Origin: an uncultured virus (IMG/VR IMGVR_UViG_3300003178_000005)
Taxonomy: Duplodnaviria; Heunggongvirae; Uroviricota; Caudoviricetes
IMG/VR virus record: IMGVR_UViG_3300003178_000005
DNA length: 64,000 nucleotides
Direction: 5' to 3' (one strand)
Below are positions 52,376 to 62,523 of this stretch, piece by piece. The notes under the pieces are model-generated. The model was given only the letters and a program-made list of their open reading frames with translations, was not told the origin of the DNA and searched no databases. Made by a program: the position numbers and the translations under genes. Each line of letters starts with the position of its first letter. Position 1 is the stretch's first letter.

Positions 52376-52672
52376 TTAATTAGCGAGAGTATATCCGCCA
52401 AGTAATGCACCACCACCCAGAACGCCATAACCTACCCTCTTTGCGGAAAAAGTCGGCTTGCTGCTGTTTATGCCATATACATCACCTAGGCCAGGCTTTC
52501 TCTTTATTGTTCTTTTTGCAGCGCTTGTGCCAAGCTTTTTGTAAACAACCCCTGTTGCTGATGCAGTCTTTTTTATCATGTTCATAGCCTTATTTGTCTC
52601 CTTGTATAGCATTCCATTCTCCTTGTTTCTTTTTTTTATATTTTTCTCTACTGTTTTTTTTGTTTTCATCAC
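52376..52672 (-). CDS. Small basic KxA-motif protein with Gly-rich C-terminal helix
   Basis: IKKTASA and GYGVLGGGALLGGY. True start may be internal. Confidence 0.55.
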   Translation of the reverse strand: MMKTKKTVEKNIKKRNKENGMLYKETNKAMNMIKKTASATGVVYKKLGTSAAKRTIKRKPGLGDVYGINSSKPTFSAKRVGYGVLGGGALLGGYTLAN

Positions 52673-53175
52673 AAAACTCCATCGATATCTTTTAAGCCAA
52701 CTTTTCGCTTGTCTCCATTCACAAAAGCAAGGTCATCAAAATGAGATATTTCATCAGACATTATTTCTTTCATAAATTTTGCAGTCTCTATATCCCCATG
52801 CTTCATTGCACACTTTGCCATCCTGCTATAATCTTCTATTGCTGATAATTCAAGTTCTTGAACTTTTTTCATCACATATTTTGCATCAGACAGCGGGGAA
52901 AAGTTAACGACATCCTCGTCAAGACATATAGATATCTTGTCCAGAAGCCCATGTTTTGATGCAAATTCGATAAGTTCCGTAAAATGCTCATACTCTTCTT
53001 TCGAATGAGACGACAGTTCCTCAGATACCTCGGATGAGCCAAGCCCGACAAGTTCGTTAGCCGCTTTTGCATACATAACAGATGCGCTAAGTTCGTCACT
53101 GATTACCTTGTTTAAAAAACTAACGAGTTTTGACTCGTAATCTATTCCAATGTTTCTAAGTCCAATTGATATCAT
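52669..53175 (-). CDS. Ferritin-like (bacterioferritin/Dps-like) diiron protein
   Basis: DE...Y, EEYEH, ELSAIEDY, DEISH ferroxidase-type motifs. Confidence 0.8.
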   Translation of the reverse strand: MISIGLRNIGIDYESKLVSFLNKVISDELSASVMYAKAANELVGLGSSEVSEELSSHSKEEYEHFTELIEFASKHGLLDKISICLDEDVVNFSPLSDAKYVMKKVQELELSAIEDYSRMAKCAMKHGDIETAKFMKEIMSDEISHFDDLAFVNGDKRKVGLKDIDGVL

Positions 53176-53176
53176 G

Positions 53177-53551
53177 TTAATCCTTTTTTGTGTTTAGTTT
53201 GTATTCTGGCTCATACTTTATCTTCGATAAGCCTTCTTTTTGTGTTCTCCATCTATGGAGCTGATTCCCGCTATTATCGACCCACTCAAGATTGTCTATC
53301 GAGTGATTCATTCTATTTGAGTCTTTGTGGTTCACTATTGGCTTTTTATCAGGGTTAGGAATAAAATGCTCAGCAACTATTTTATGGATTCTGCGCTCAA
53401 ATTTCTTCCCGTCTTTCATTAAAGTAACCTTTGGGTACCCAAGCCAAGTTCGTGCCTTTAGTACAGACGACTTTCCTTTTCTTCGTATTCCCTCATATGG
53501 GTTCACTTCGTACTCAGGAAATCCATTTACTTCAACCCATTTATCTCTCAT
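53177..53551 (-). CDS. NUMOD4-HNH homing endonuclease
   Basis: WVEVNGFPEYEV; IHKIVAEHFIPNP..VNHKDSNRMNHSIDNLEWV. Confidence 0.85.
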   Translation of the reverse strand: MRDKWVEVNGFPEYEVNPYEGIRRKGKSSVLKARTWLGYPKVTLMKDGKKFERRIHKIVAEHFIPNPDKKPIVNHKDSNRMNHSIDNLEWVDNSGNQLHRWRTQKEGLSKIKYEPEYKLNTKKD

Positions 53552-54046
53552 TTATGCCACCTGCAATGCCGGAGCTGGCGCCCCTATTCTCGGAGTAACA
53601 GACGAAAGCCCTTTTTTTGTACCTTCTTTTGCCTTCCCAAATATGCTACTAAGCCCGTGTTTTATTTTTGTTCCAATGGTTGGGTTTCTGACTCCATATT
53701 TTGCCTTGTTTGCCTCCCATGCCTTTCTTGTATCAAGCATATCCATGGCTCTTAGCGTTCTATCCCCAGCCTTTTCTGCGGCAAGCTTGTTTCTTCTTAC
53801 CAAATGCTTTGCTTTGTTTAACGAAACATTTTTGCCTATTAGGTCTAACGGGTCAGAGTGTGTTGCCGCATAGTTCTTTAGAGACATCTCTCTTAGATAT
53901 CTTGCATCAAAGACTCTCTTGGCTAGATTTGACGATATTGCAACCTTTGTAAGCCCTAGAGACTTGTTGCATATGGCGAAGGCAGAAGATTTGTCTTTCC
54001 CCTTTGCCATTACCTTATCTACGCATCTATCAAGCTTAGCTGGCAT
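53552..54046 (-). CDS. Basic KxA-motif protein, putative virion-internal
   Basis: MPAKLDRCVDKVMAKG...AFAIC; LTKVAISS. Confidence 0.6.
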   Translation of the reverse strand: MPAKLDRCVDKVMAKGKDKSSAFAICNKSLGLTKVAISSNLAKRVFDARYLREMSLKNYAATHSDPLDLIGKNVSLNKAKHLVRRNKLAAEKAGDRTLRAMDMLDTRKAWEANKAKYGVRNPTIGTKIKHGLSSIFGKAKEGTKKGLSSVTPRIGAPAPALQVA

Positions 54047-54539
54047 TTTCCTGTCCTTCAGGCTGCTCTATCTCTGCAATAATGGCAGAAAATTCACTAC
54101 TTATATCCTCATCTTGCGCTGAAAGTATTCTCTTTTTGTAGCTTCTATATGAATCTAGAATATATGACACATGATTAAAAATTGATGACAATAAGGTCTT
54201 TGCATCAGAATTGTTCAGCACCAGCTGAAAATATTTGTCTCCATCTTTTTCTCCAACAATAACTATACTCTCTGCACCCATACTTACAATAGTGGCAGTC
54301 GCAGTATAGTTTAGCTGGTCTGTTTCGCTTAGCCCGAAATGGACACCATACTCATCTGATGTATATCCTTTTGCAATCTCACCTGAGGCCATTTTGTTTA
54401 GCTCATCTATATATTTCGACCGAATATCTCCCTCTTCAACTTGAACAAGAACTGCATTCTTTGGTATTGCATCTGGAACTTCTTGCATCTCCCTAATAAC
54501 TTCTCCTGTTGAAATATCAATAATTTTGTAGGCCATCAT
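54036..54539 (-). CDS. Tail fibre assembly-like protein (DUF4376-like)
   Basis: EIAKGYTS...HFGLSETDQLN motif. Confidence 0.6.
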   Translation of the reverse strand: MMAYKIIDISTGEVIREMQEVPDAIPKNAVLVQVEEGDIRSKYIDELNKMASGEIAKGYTSDEYGVHFGLSETDQLNYTATATIVSMGAESIVIVGEKDGDKYFQLVLNNSDAKTLLSSIFNHVSYILDSYRSYKKRILSAQDEDISSEFSAIIAEIEQPEGQENAS

Positions 54540-54804
54540 CTTTCTCCTCATCTTCGTTTATGATTTTTTCATTATACTTCCTAACGACAGAATTCTTGTC
54601 GCTACTGCTTTTAGAGCTGCCGAAGTAATACCCAACAACTGTTCCACTTAGTCCAAGAATCATGCCGAGAGATATATTTATGATATCTCTATTTTCACTT
54701 GGGACAGTTGTCGTTAAAAGTATGCTACCCAGGTAGAATGTAGCCAAAACAATAACTAGTGCCAATACAGCCATGTACAGCTTTTCGTAATCTCTTGTTT
54801 TCAT
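54517..54804 (-). CDS. Two-TM holin-like protein
   Basis: Two TM helices, VVGYYFGSSKSSSDK. Confidence 0.7.
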   Translation of the reverse strand: MKTRDYEKLYMAVLALVIVLATFYLGSILLTTTVPSENRDIINISLGMILGLSGTVVGYYFGSSKSSSDKNSVVRKYNEKIINEDEEKDDGLQNY

Positions 54805-54835
54805 ATTAATCACCTAAACTATTTTGCATATTATA

Positions 54836-57800
54836 TCAGAATTGGCCCATTTCCAAAAGAAGCTTTGCTTTTTCGTCTGATGTTAAGATTCGATTAAACA
54901 TTCTGAATTGCTTAATAAAACCAACAATTCCTTCCCCTGTTTCCAGTTGCGCCCCAAGAACTATTTTAGTAGTATCGAAGGCGTCTCCGGAAACATCACC
55001 ATACTGCTCTCCGTTATTTATATCTATGGTGTATTTTGAACCATCATATGATAATGTCCATAGCGCCCAATGGCCATTATATACTGTGGAATTTATGCCT
55101 GATATTATGTTATCTCCTCCATTTGTCCACATATTCGGGCTTGAATTTCCAGCATGCGAAACCCTAAGAGATTTAATTGGTGTGTCAACCTGCCCTATCA
55201 GCCCTGGGTAGTTAGATGTAGTTGCGCTATCATAATACACAATCAAAGACATTGTAAATGCGTTTATGGCTGGCAGCGACTCTATTTTTATATAGCTATT
55301 ATTGCCCTCCAGCTTAACGGCTGAGCCCTTGTCTGTCGTGTAGAACGATGTTCCAAGTTGAGATATTATAAACGAAGAATCCCCCTGAAAACTCAAGTCT
55401 CCATATAGATTTGCGAGTATTATCGCTGAATTATCCTCAAAAATGTCAAATATTTCATATGTATTTTTTATATAGTTAAAGAATCTTATTCTACTCCACT
55501 GAGACTCGTTGTTATTAATGTCCTTGTATCTTACCCTAATCTTATAGGTGTCATCAGCTACAGAGGTATTTATTGGGATATCTTCCGGCTCATAGACAAG
55601 CTCTTGAAATACTGGATTATCGAATTCTAAGTCTACATCTCTAAATATTTGATACTCTGCCTTTGCAAAATCTCTTTCGCCATAATATCTCGTCACTTTT
55701 ATACTAGGACCACTATCATTTAGAATCACTGGTTTGTCTATGGCTGCACATGGAAGAGAGTACTTTTGTTCTCCACCAAAAGGCCTGTCTTGCTTGTTGT
55801 GCCAATTTACTGCATCTTCATCTCTAATAAAGTATCCCTCCCAAACAGCAACTTCCTCTATATCTCCGTCAAGAAAATCCAAGCCGTTATCGTCTCGCTT
55901 TCCTATGCCCATGAACCCTGAATTTGTCCCGATGATTCCATTATCATTTGCAGAATAGATAAGAACGCCGTCAACATAGAAACTCATCTTCCCAGGCATT
56001 GTTGCTACAACAATATCGTAAAACACTCCAGTAGAAGGAAACCATCCGGTCTTTACTTCGCTATTCCATGTGCTTCCGTCTCCGCTATATGCAACAAGTT
56101 CTCCATGGTCTATTCCAAACTCAAATACTACATTTTGCCCAAGTATAAACGGATAATATGCTGACAAAGAGTTAAATCTAACTCTAACGGCAAATGAATT
56201 TACCCCAGGCTTTATACTGTATGCATTCGTAATTTTTGAAGAAGACCCATTGAATCTCAAGAAATTATCATACGTTCCATTTGGAGCAACCTGACAATAA
56301 TGTGTAGAGAAATCGTTTGAGTTAATTAAATCTCTTGGGTTTTGGGTATTCATAGACCAATATCCAGATAGAGACTCAAAGATGTTTACAAAATGAGAAG
56401 ATACTGGGGAATTCGACATTTCATTTATTGACTGGTCTCCGGGTAAGTATTTACTCCATAAAATAAATTCCTCTATTTTGAATCTACCATTGTATGGCCC
56501 ACCTATATAAAAATTTTTTGTCGTACTATCAGAATTAGTAAATGAGCCAGAGTGTATTTTTGTGCCATTTAAGTATATATCTATTGCTGATGTCGTTATT
56601 TTGATTCCAATGTAAATCCACTCTTCAACTGGCACACTTACCCCTAGCCAAGCATCATGATTCGTTCCTTCGCCAGTCTCAGTGAAATAACCAATCTCTC
56701 TCTCTGTATCGGATATTCTCCTTGTTTTAAACTCATTATTGTTTGTAGAGACAGACTCTCCGTCTCCCTTCCATGCAAACAAGTCCATTCTTTCATTATC
56801 GTAATTATTTAGATACACCTTCATCAATACAAAGAAATTGTTATTAATTGATTGAAATGAACCGTTGTACATATAGCCATCTGACAAGTCTACAACATCT
56901 TGAGAATTGTCACCAGATTGAGAAACTGATACCCCAGAAGAAGGAGATATATTGTGTCTACTAAAGACATCATATATGGTCCCAGCTTTGCTTAATTTGT
57001 ATGCAATGTGTGCCTTTGAATATGTATACTCTATAAGCTTGCTATCATATGGTGCCTGTTGTTCATTAGCAATATTGAACGAAACTGGGTCACTCCACCC
57101 TGATTCGTTTCCAATGTCATCAATGAACCTTACACGAACAACATAGCTTTCGCCTGACTGAAGTGTAGATATGTCTATAGAAAACTCAATAGAATACTGA
57201 ACTTGGGCAGATATAATTGGCGAATCAAATATTCCGCCATTCTCATCTATCTGATATTCGATAATTGATGGATTGTTTATGCCATGAAATTTTGACACTC
57301 GCAATAATCCTTGCTGGTTTATTGTCCAGCCATCATCCATTAGTATTGATGGCCTTTCTACTGTAGCTCCCCCGCTTGCTATTTCGCACTTTGCCACAGC
57401 AATTGGTAGCTTTATCTCTTTGTCAATAAAGCCTGTCTTTGAGATAATTGCAGAAAGCTCGACATCTTCTCCACTTTCACCTATCATGACAAACGTCTCA
57501 TATATGCTTCCACCACTTGAAAGTATTGCATCTCCGCTGATGCTCCACTGTACAGAGTCCGGCATGGGGGTTGATACAAGAGAATACTTTACTGGGTCAG
57601 TGTAGTCTATTGTATTTACGCCAACTATCTTTGCATCTCCAAAAAAACCATTAACGAAGTTAAGTGGAATTTGAACTATTTTTGCAATATCGCCAGCAGT
57701 TGCAGTAAGCGTTACAATATTATTACTAAGCTCTGAATCTGTAATAAAAACCGTATTGCCAGTATTTATTCCACCGACAAATGTTGCAGTACCATCTATG

Positions 57801-58045
57801 CTCCATTCGTATGAGTCAAATTCTATAGCGGCAGTTGCTACAAGTCTTGCGTTTGTTCCGATAATAGGGTTGTTCGTGTCGTATGTTATTCTCAGATTCG
57901 CAGAATCAATTTTTGATGCTACGGTGGATGCAACAATAGAATCGCTGTCCTTACTTATGACTATTCCGTCTAGTTTTGTGCCTCCTATATAAATATCCCC
58001 GCCGCCAGATTCAAACAGGGCATTAAGTATTTCAGTTAGCCTCAT
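54836..58045 (-). CDS. Large fibre/adhesin with Ig/FN3 and three LamG-like domains
   Basis: YVVRVRF...SGWS and YKIRVRY...SQWS FN3 motifs; DGDIEEVAVW, GFIKQFRMFNRILT. Confidence 0.75.
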   Translation of the reverse strand: MRLTEILNALFESGGGDIYIGGTKLDGIVISKDSDSIVASTVASKIDSANLRITYDTNNPIIGTNARLVATAAIEFDSYEWSIDGTATFVGGINTGNTVFITDSELSNNIVTLTATAGDIAKIVQIPLNFVNGFFGDAKIVGVNTIDYTDPVKYSLVSTPMPDSVQWSISGDAILSSGGSIYETFVMIGESGEDVELSAIISKTGFIDKEIKLPIAVAKCEIASGGATVERPSILMDDGWTINQQGLLRVSKFHGINNPSIIEYQIDENGGIFDSPIISAQVQYSIEFSIDISTLQSGESYVVRVRFIDDIGNESGWSDPVSFNIANEQQAPYDSKLIEYTYSKAHIAYKLSKAGTIYDVFSRHNISPSSGVSVSQSGDNSQDVVDLSDGYMYNGSFQSINNNFFVLMKVYLNNYDNERMDLFAWKGDGESVSTNNNEFKTRRISDTEREIGYFTETGEGTNHDAWLGVSVPVEEWIYIGIKITTSAIDIYLNGTKIHSGSFTNSDSTTKNFYIGGPYNGRFKIEEFILWSKYLPGDQSINEMSNSPVSSHFVNIFESLSGYWSMNTQNPRDLINSNDFSTHYCQVAPNGTYDNFLRFNGSSSKITNAYSIKPGVNSFAVRVRFNSLSAYYPFILGQNVVFEFGIDHGELVAYSGDGSTWNSEVKTGWFPSTGVFYDIVVATMPGKMSFYVDGVLIYSANDNGIIGTNSGFMGIGKRDDNGLDFLDGDIEEVAVWEGYFIRDEDAVNWHNKQDRPFGGEQKYSLPCAAIDKPVILNDSGPSIKVTRYYGERDFAKAEYQIFRDVDLEFDNPVFQELVYEPEDIPINTSVADDTYKIRVRYKDINNNESQWSRIRFFNYIKNTYEIFDIFEDNSAIILANLYGDLSFQGDSSFIISQLGTSFYTTDKGSAVKLEGNNSYIKIESLPAINAFTMSLIVYYDSATTSNYPGLIGQVDTPIKSLRVSHAGNSSPNMWTNGGDNIISGINSTVYNGHWALWTLSYDGSKYTIDINNGEQYGDVSGDAFDTTKIVLGAQLETGEGIVGFIKQFRMFNRILTSDEKAKLLLEMGQF

Positions 58046-58656
58046 TATGAATCTCTCTCTACTTCGTACACAACCATTGTTGATATGCTGCGCATGTCGT
58101 TGGAATTTCTATCATTCACATAAAAATGATATACCCCAGTCCCCCAGCTCGATGTCGCTCTAATATCGACTGTAAAAGTATCTGTCGAGTTTGTCTCAAT
58201 TATTCCATTTATAGTTTCTCCAGCTATACGGTTGTAGTCATTTGACCCATCGTATCTTGTTCGTATAGCGCCATTTTGGCAATTATTGCCAGTATGATTA
58301 TATATTGACACGCCATCCTTGTATATAAGTAGAGCCGCTACATATGTAAATGTGCCCGTAATGCTTGCTGCAACAATAAATGTGCTCCTTTCTGTTTCTG
58401 GCGTTATCGTCAAAGACAACCCATTTATTATTTGGGGCGTATCGCTGTAAATATCTTGTCTCTCTGCAGGAGTTTGTGCATAGTATATATTTTTTACTTT
58501 TCCACCGAGCTTGAGCGGGTTAATCCACCCAGACTGAGTACCAAGCTCTCCTGTATCTGTGGCAATTACTAGTTCTCTATCTCCTATTTCATTTCCTGGC
58601 TCTATGAATGAGTCCTTGCTGCCTCCCCTTAAAAAAATCCCTGGCTTGTCTGGCAT
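58045..58656 (-). CDS. Short tail fibre protein
   Basis: RELVIATDTGEL; GLSLTITP...ISTMVVYEV tip motif. Confidence 0.7.
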   Translation of the reverse strand: MPDKPGIFLRGGSKDSFIEPGNEIGDRELVIATDTGELGTQSGWINPLKLGGKVKNIYYAQTPAERQDIYSDTPQIINGLSLTITPETERSTFIVAASITGTFTYVAALLIYKDGVSIYNHTGNNCQNGAIRTRYDGSNDYNRIAGETINGIIETNSTDTFTVDIRATSSWGTGVYHFYVNDRNSNDMRSISTMVVYEVERDS

Positions 58657-58668
58657 TATCGCTCCCTT

Positions 58669-60591
58669 TTATCTTATGCATAGCATATAAATATATCTTC
58701 TTGTATATGGAAGGTTGGAGTCTCCACGCATTTTTATAGACAACACGTTTACATCTCCATCACTTCCCTGTGAAGAATGTATATCATATTTTACCAGATT
58801 TTCTTTGCTATTACTAATGATAGTCTGGCCATCAACAATAAGACTTTGCCCATCATTTGCGTTGTAGCTACTATCATAAAATGAAACTATAGAACCATCT
58901 GATTGCGTAACAAACTCTAAATATCCTGTTCCGTCAACTGGGTTATCGTATTCTCCGCTTATCTTGCACTTTACTTCATTAAATGGAATATTGAATGTCT
59001 GAAATACTTTATACTTTCCATCGTTTGTTCCCCATCCAAGCCCATATCTTTCGTCACGATATAGGGTTGACGATACATCTTGGACGTCGCCAAATTGCGA
59101 CATATAATCAAGTGACGTATTGTCTCCAGTAACAATATACATCCATCCACCGCCGTCTGTGGTCATATCACAAAACACATCAACTATCTGCTCTGCTATT
59201 CGTATCTTGTATAACCCATTGCCTATATCTCCTGCATACTGGTACCCATCAATGTCTGGGTTTAGATACCATTTTGCAGAGTCTGGAACATAGCCATCTT
59301 CGAATTGTCTAACCCCATCTTTTAGCACTATTGATATAGTGTCTTTTCTCCAGCTTGTGTCAGGGTTCTCTCCACCATTGACTATCATGTAGTTCCCGTC
59401 TGCAACCTCAACATTTCCATCCCATATTCTTGGTAGCGGGGAAGCCTCTGCAAATTCGCCTACTATACCGCCTAGATACTCATCAAGCTTTTGGAATCCC
59501 TTAAAGTATTTTTTTGTAAGAATTACTCTGTAAAGAATCTCGTCTTGCTCTCTGACTATATCGTCTTTTGTATTTTCTGCAAGCCATCTTAAAAAATGAG
59601 GAACTATTAAAGCGCTAAACCCAACAAGCTTCCTATCTTTGTCTCCTCCAATAATATAGTCAACATCTGTTGCCACTGCTTTAAAGTTTCTTGAGTCTGC
59701 CTTTAAGATATAGTTGCTCGCCTTCATAAATTCAGCATATATTTTATCTCCCCAATTAAGCATGCCATCATCTGGAAGATATTGCATTACGCCGTATTCA
59801 AGCAGGTACCTCTGATACTCATTAATGAAGCTCCTGCCGTGGTGTCTCCATATGATGTCCTTTTCTGTTCTTGGGTATAGCAAATATTCTATCTTATCAT
59901 CAGAAGTCGAAAATATCCTAATTCTTCTTTTTGCGTCTGGATTATCTGAGAGAAACTCAAGGTCAACCTTAAATTTAAACATTATTTTGTTTTCTGGCCC
60001 ACTGATAACCCTTCTTAGAACAGCAAGCTGATTCATATACTCTATTTTTGGCCTATACCCGACAATATACTCTCCTTCGTATATCTTTAGCTTATCATTC
60101 ATTGGTCTTGAGTCAACAGCAACCTCGTTTGGCCACGGTTTGTCATGTCTATCGAGTATCAATAGGTTGTATCTATAGTATTCGTCATCAAAATAATTCG
60201 TGTAGAACCACAAGTTTGCACAAATCAACGGACTTTCTTCTTGTGCCGGATTTGCAAGTGTGTAGTCGAATACTTCCTCTGGGGCTTCTGGTATGATATC
60301 TCCGGTTGATGGCTCCATTAAAGGATTGTATGGAATGTGCATTGCGGAAAAGCCAGTCTTTGTTCTTTTTCCATTTTCATCAACAATATCCCAAAAGAAT
60401 GTCTTTTCGCAGGTTATGTGCACATTAAATAGGCCATAGTCAGGTAGCCATATATCATGACCGCCGAACCATACAGTCACCCATCCGTTAGCATCTATCT
60501 GGTCATACAGATTGTCATCTGTTAATCTCATCTTCAAATCTGCATCTCTATAGAAACCGAAATTGCCAACCTTAAATGCATCAACTGTCAT
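58669..60591 (-). CDS. 'FxDxxL' family virion protein with fibrinogen C-terminal-like domain
   Basis: FGFYRDADL; GLYKI...VFCDMTTDGGGW. Confidence 0.75.
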   Translation of the reverse strand: MTVDAFKVGNFGFYRDADLKMRLTDDNLYDQIDANGWVTVWFGGHDIWLPDYGLFNVHITCEKTFFWDIVDENGKRTKTGFSAMHIPYNPLMEPSTGDIIPEAPEEVFDYTLANPAQEESPLICANLWFYTNYFDDEYYRYNLLILDRHDKPWPNEVAVDSRPMNDKLKIYEGEYIVGYRPKIEYMNQLAVLRRVISGPENKIMFKFKVDLEFLSDNPDAKRRIRIFSTSDDKIEYLLYPRTEKDIIWRHHGRSFINEYQRYLLEYGVMQYLPDDGMLNWGDKIYAEFMKASNYILKADSRNFKAVATDVDYIIGGDKDRKLVGFSALIVPHFLRWLAENTKDDIVREQDEILYRVILTKKYFKGFQKLDEYLGGIVGEFAEASPLPRIWDGNVEVADGNYMIVNGGENPDTSWRKDTISIVLKDGVRQFEDGYVPDSAKWYLNPDIDGYQYAGDIGNGLYKIRIAEQIVDVFCDMTTDGGGWMYIVTGDNTSLDYMSQFGDVQDVSSTLYRDERYGLGWGTNDGKYKVFQTFNIPFNEVKCKISGEYDNPVDGTGYLEFVTQSDGSIVSFYDSSYNANDGQSLIVDGQTIISNSKENLVKYDIHSSQGSDGDVNVLSIKMRGDSNLPYTRRYIYMLCIR

Positions 60592-60600
60592 ATTAAGCCC

Positions 60601-62523
60601 TTATAGTAGGTCTGGGCTGTGTATTTGATATCCACTATACCCTTTTACCCAGTCAAATTGTTTCCCGTCATTCCCCCATGCCGGTATCCCGACAAAGCCA
60701 TCATCAAGGTCATAATCTCCATAATTTCTCTCAAGGAGACCATCAGAATAGTGAATTGTTCCAACAGTTCCGGCTTCCATTCCAGATATTTCATTCACAT
60801 TCGCATAGTTTGACGCATTTGGCTGGTCTATTATGTTTTTCATGTCGGCAGACATGTTGACTTTTGTATCGACATAGGCAATTCCTCCAGCCTCAGAATC
60901 AACTATATAAAAATCCCTCACTATCCAATATCCGTCTCCAACGCCTACGGCCATAGCCCTGTTATCTAGCGGAGTCATATCGTATCCAAGAGTAAATGTA
61001 CTAAGAAGTGATGCTACGCCATCATTTGAAATCTTGTAGCACTTTAGCTCCATATACATCCTATTTCCAAGTGTAGACCTGTCCTTCCATCCCCACACCA
61101 ATACTCCATCAGGTCTTGTTTCAACGTCGCAAATTGAGTCTATGTCTCTTTCCCCTATTGTAAAAAGCTTTGTTGTGCTCATGCATAACGAAAAAGGAAA
61201 CCTAAAGTATGTTATCCCTTTTCTTGAATATTTTACCGGAGCAGTATCTGCGTCTGACACCATAATCCATCCCATTGGCAAGTTGGTTGTGGCTGTTGGG
61301 GACGGAATGGCTGCTGCTGCAGTAGTTAGCATATCAATAAAATCATCAAAACTCAACGATTGTAACAGCGTATATGGATTCTCTATGTTCTCTATTTCTG
61401 TTTGATGCAGTGAAAACCATATCGGCCCCCACCAAATCTGGTCCCTAAAAAGTTCTTTTAGCATTGGGCTATCAGATGACTTGTTTATAGACATCAATAC
61501 CGGGGATATTAACCCTACAAGCTCTGCGGATTCTGCTCCAACATCTATAGGCTGCTGACCTCCTTGCTGCCCTTGGCTTGACGAGACTCCATTCGCAATT
61601 TGCTCAAGCAATCTGTCATGCAAGTCTTCAGCCTTCGATTTATATTCCACAATCTGCAGCATATTTCCATACATAGTTGAGCTGCAAGACCTTGATAATT
61701 TTTGCCCAACAATACCTATATCTCTAGGAGATATTTTTTTTCTATTAAATAATACCTGATACTCCCCTATAGCCAGTAGACATTCTGCAGCATCAGCAAC
61801 TGGTCTAGTCTTCTTGTCAAGAAGCGTTACACCTCCCATGTCTGTAATGGAAGCATTTGCTCCATTAGCCATCATTGAGCGTGTAGCAACATACGATTCT
61901 ATCCCCATTGGCTGTCTCGAATACTCTTCTTCTATGCATGACACCTTAGCACTACCACTAGAATTGCTTTGTCTTACGCTACATGGCAGGCAATCCTCAG
62001 GATTTGCTTTTTGATGCAGAAAGAACTGAGTTGACCCGGCGCTTCTTATTGCCGTAACCCACGCTATAGAACTTACCCTAGCTGATGTTATCTTTACAGA
62101 ATTGTTGTCCCAAAGCTGAGCCAAATCAAGGCCATATGGTGTAGCGAATTGCATTTCAAGATTTACATACAAATACCCAACTATCAACTCATTCTTATTG
62201 ATTACACAAATGGAGCCGTATACATCAAGTGGTGTATGTGTCATGAGGCAGGCTTGTGCCCCAAGCATATGTATCTCTATGCCGTTTGGCGAGAATACCT
62301 TTATAAAAGTCTGCAGTCCGCCGCCCTGGACAACATATAGCGTATCTTCGTAGAACTGCATACCCAATATGGTCGAGGCTCCAGCGTATGCATTCTGGTA
62401 GCCTCCTGGCCCTTCCCATATGTCAGCCATCCCTGCCATGGTCGTATATATATCGCCATATGTCTTGTCCCAGAACCACTTGAAAATCTGTTCTATTTTA
62501 TCTGGAGCGATATGGTTAGCCAT
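60601..62523 (-). CDS. Hypothetical virion protein
   Basis: ~640 aa, start MANHIAP. Confidence 0.7.
   Translation of the reverse strand: MANHIAPDKIEQIFKWFWDKTYGDIYTTMAGMADIWEGPGGYQNAYAGASTILGMQFYEDTLYVVQGGGLQTFIKVFSPNGIEIHMLGAQACLMTHTPLDVYGSICVINKNELIVGYLYVNLEMQFATPYGLDLAQLWDNNSVKITSARVSSIAWVTAIRSAGSTQFFLHQKANPEDCLPCSVRQSNSSGSAKVSCIEEEYSRQPMGIESYVATRSMMANGANASITDMGGVTLLDKKTRPVADAAECLLAIGEYQVLFNRKKISPRDIGIVGQKLSRSCSSTMYGNMLQIVEYKSKAEDLHDRLLEQIANGVSSSQGQQGGQQPIDVGAESAELVGLISPVLMSINKSSDSPMLKELFRDQIWWGPIWFSLHQTEIENIENPYTLLQSLSFDDFIDMLTTAAAAIPSPTATTNLPMGWIMVSDADTAPVKYSRKGITYFRFPFSLCMSTTKLFTIGERDIDSICDVETRPDGVLVWGWKDRSTLGNRMYMELKCYKISNDGVASLLSTFTLGYDMTPLDNRAMAVGVGDGYWIVRDFYIVDSEAGGIAYVDTKVNMSADMKNIIDQPNASNYANVNEISGMEAGTVGTIHYSDGLLERNYGDYDLDDGFVGIPAWGNDGKQFDWVKGYSGYQIHSPDLL

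Noticed and set aside
52590..52672. Possible extra break inside the 98-aa basic ORF (internal RBS, alternative frame KQGEWNAIQGDK*)
   Set aside because: The ORF is open as given, and the evidence is too weak without homologues.
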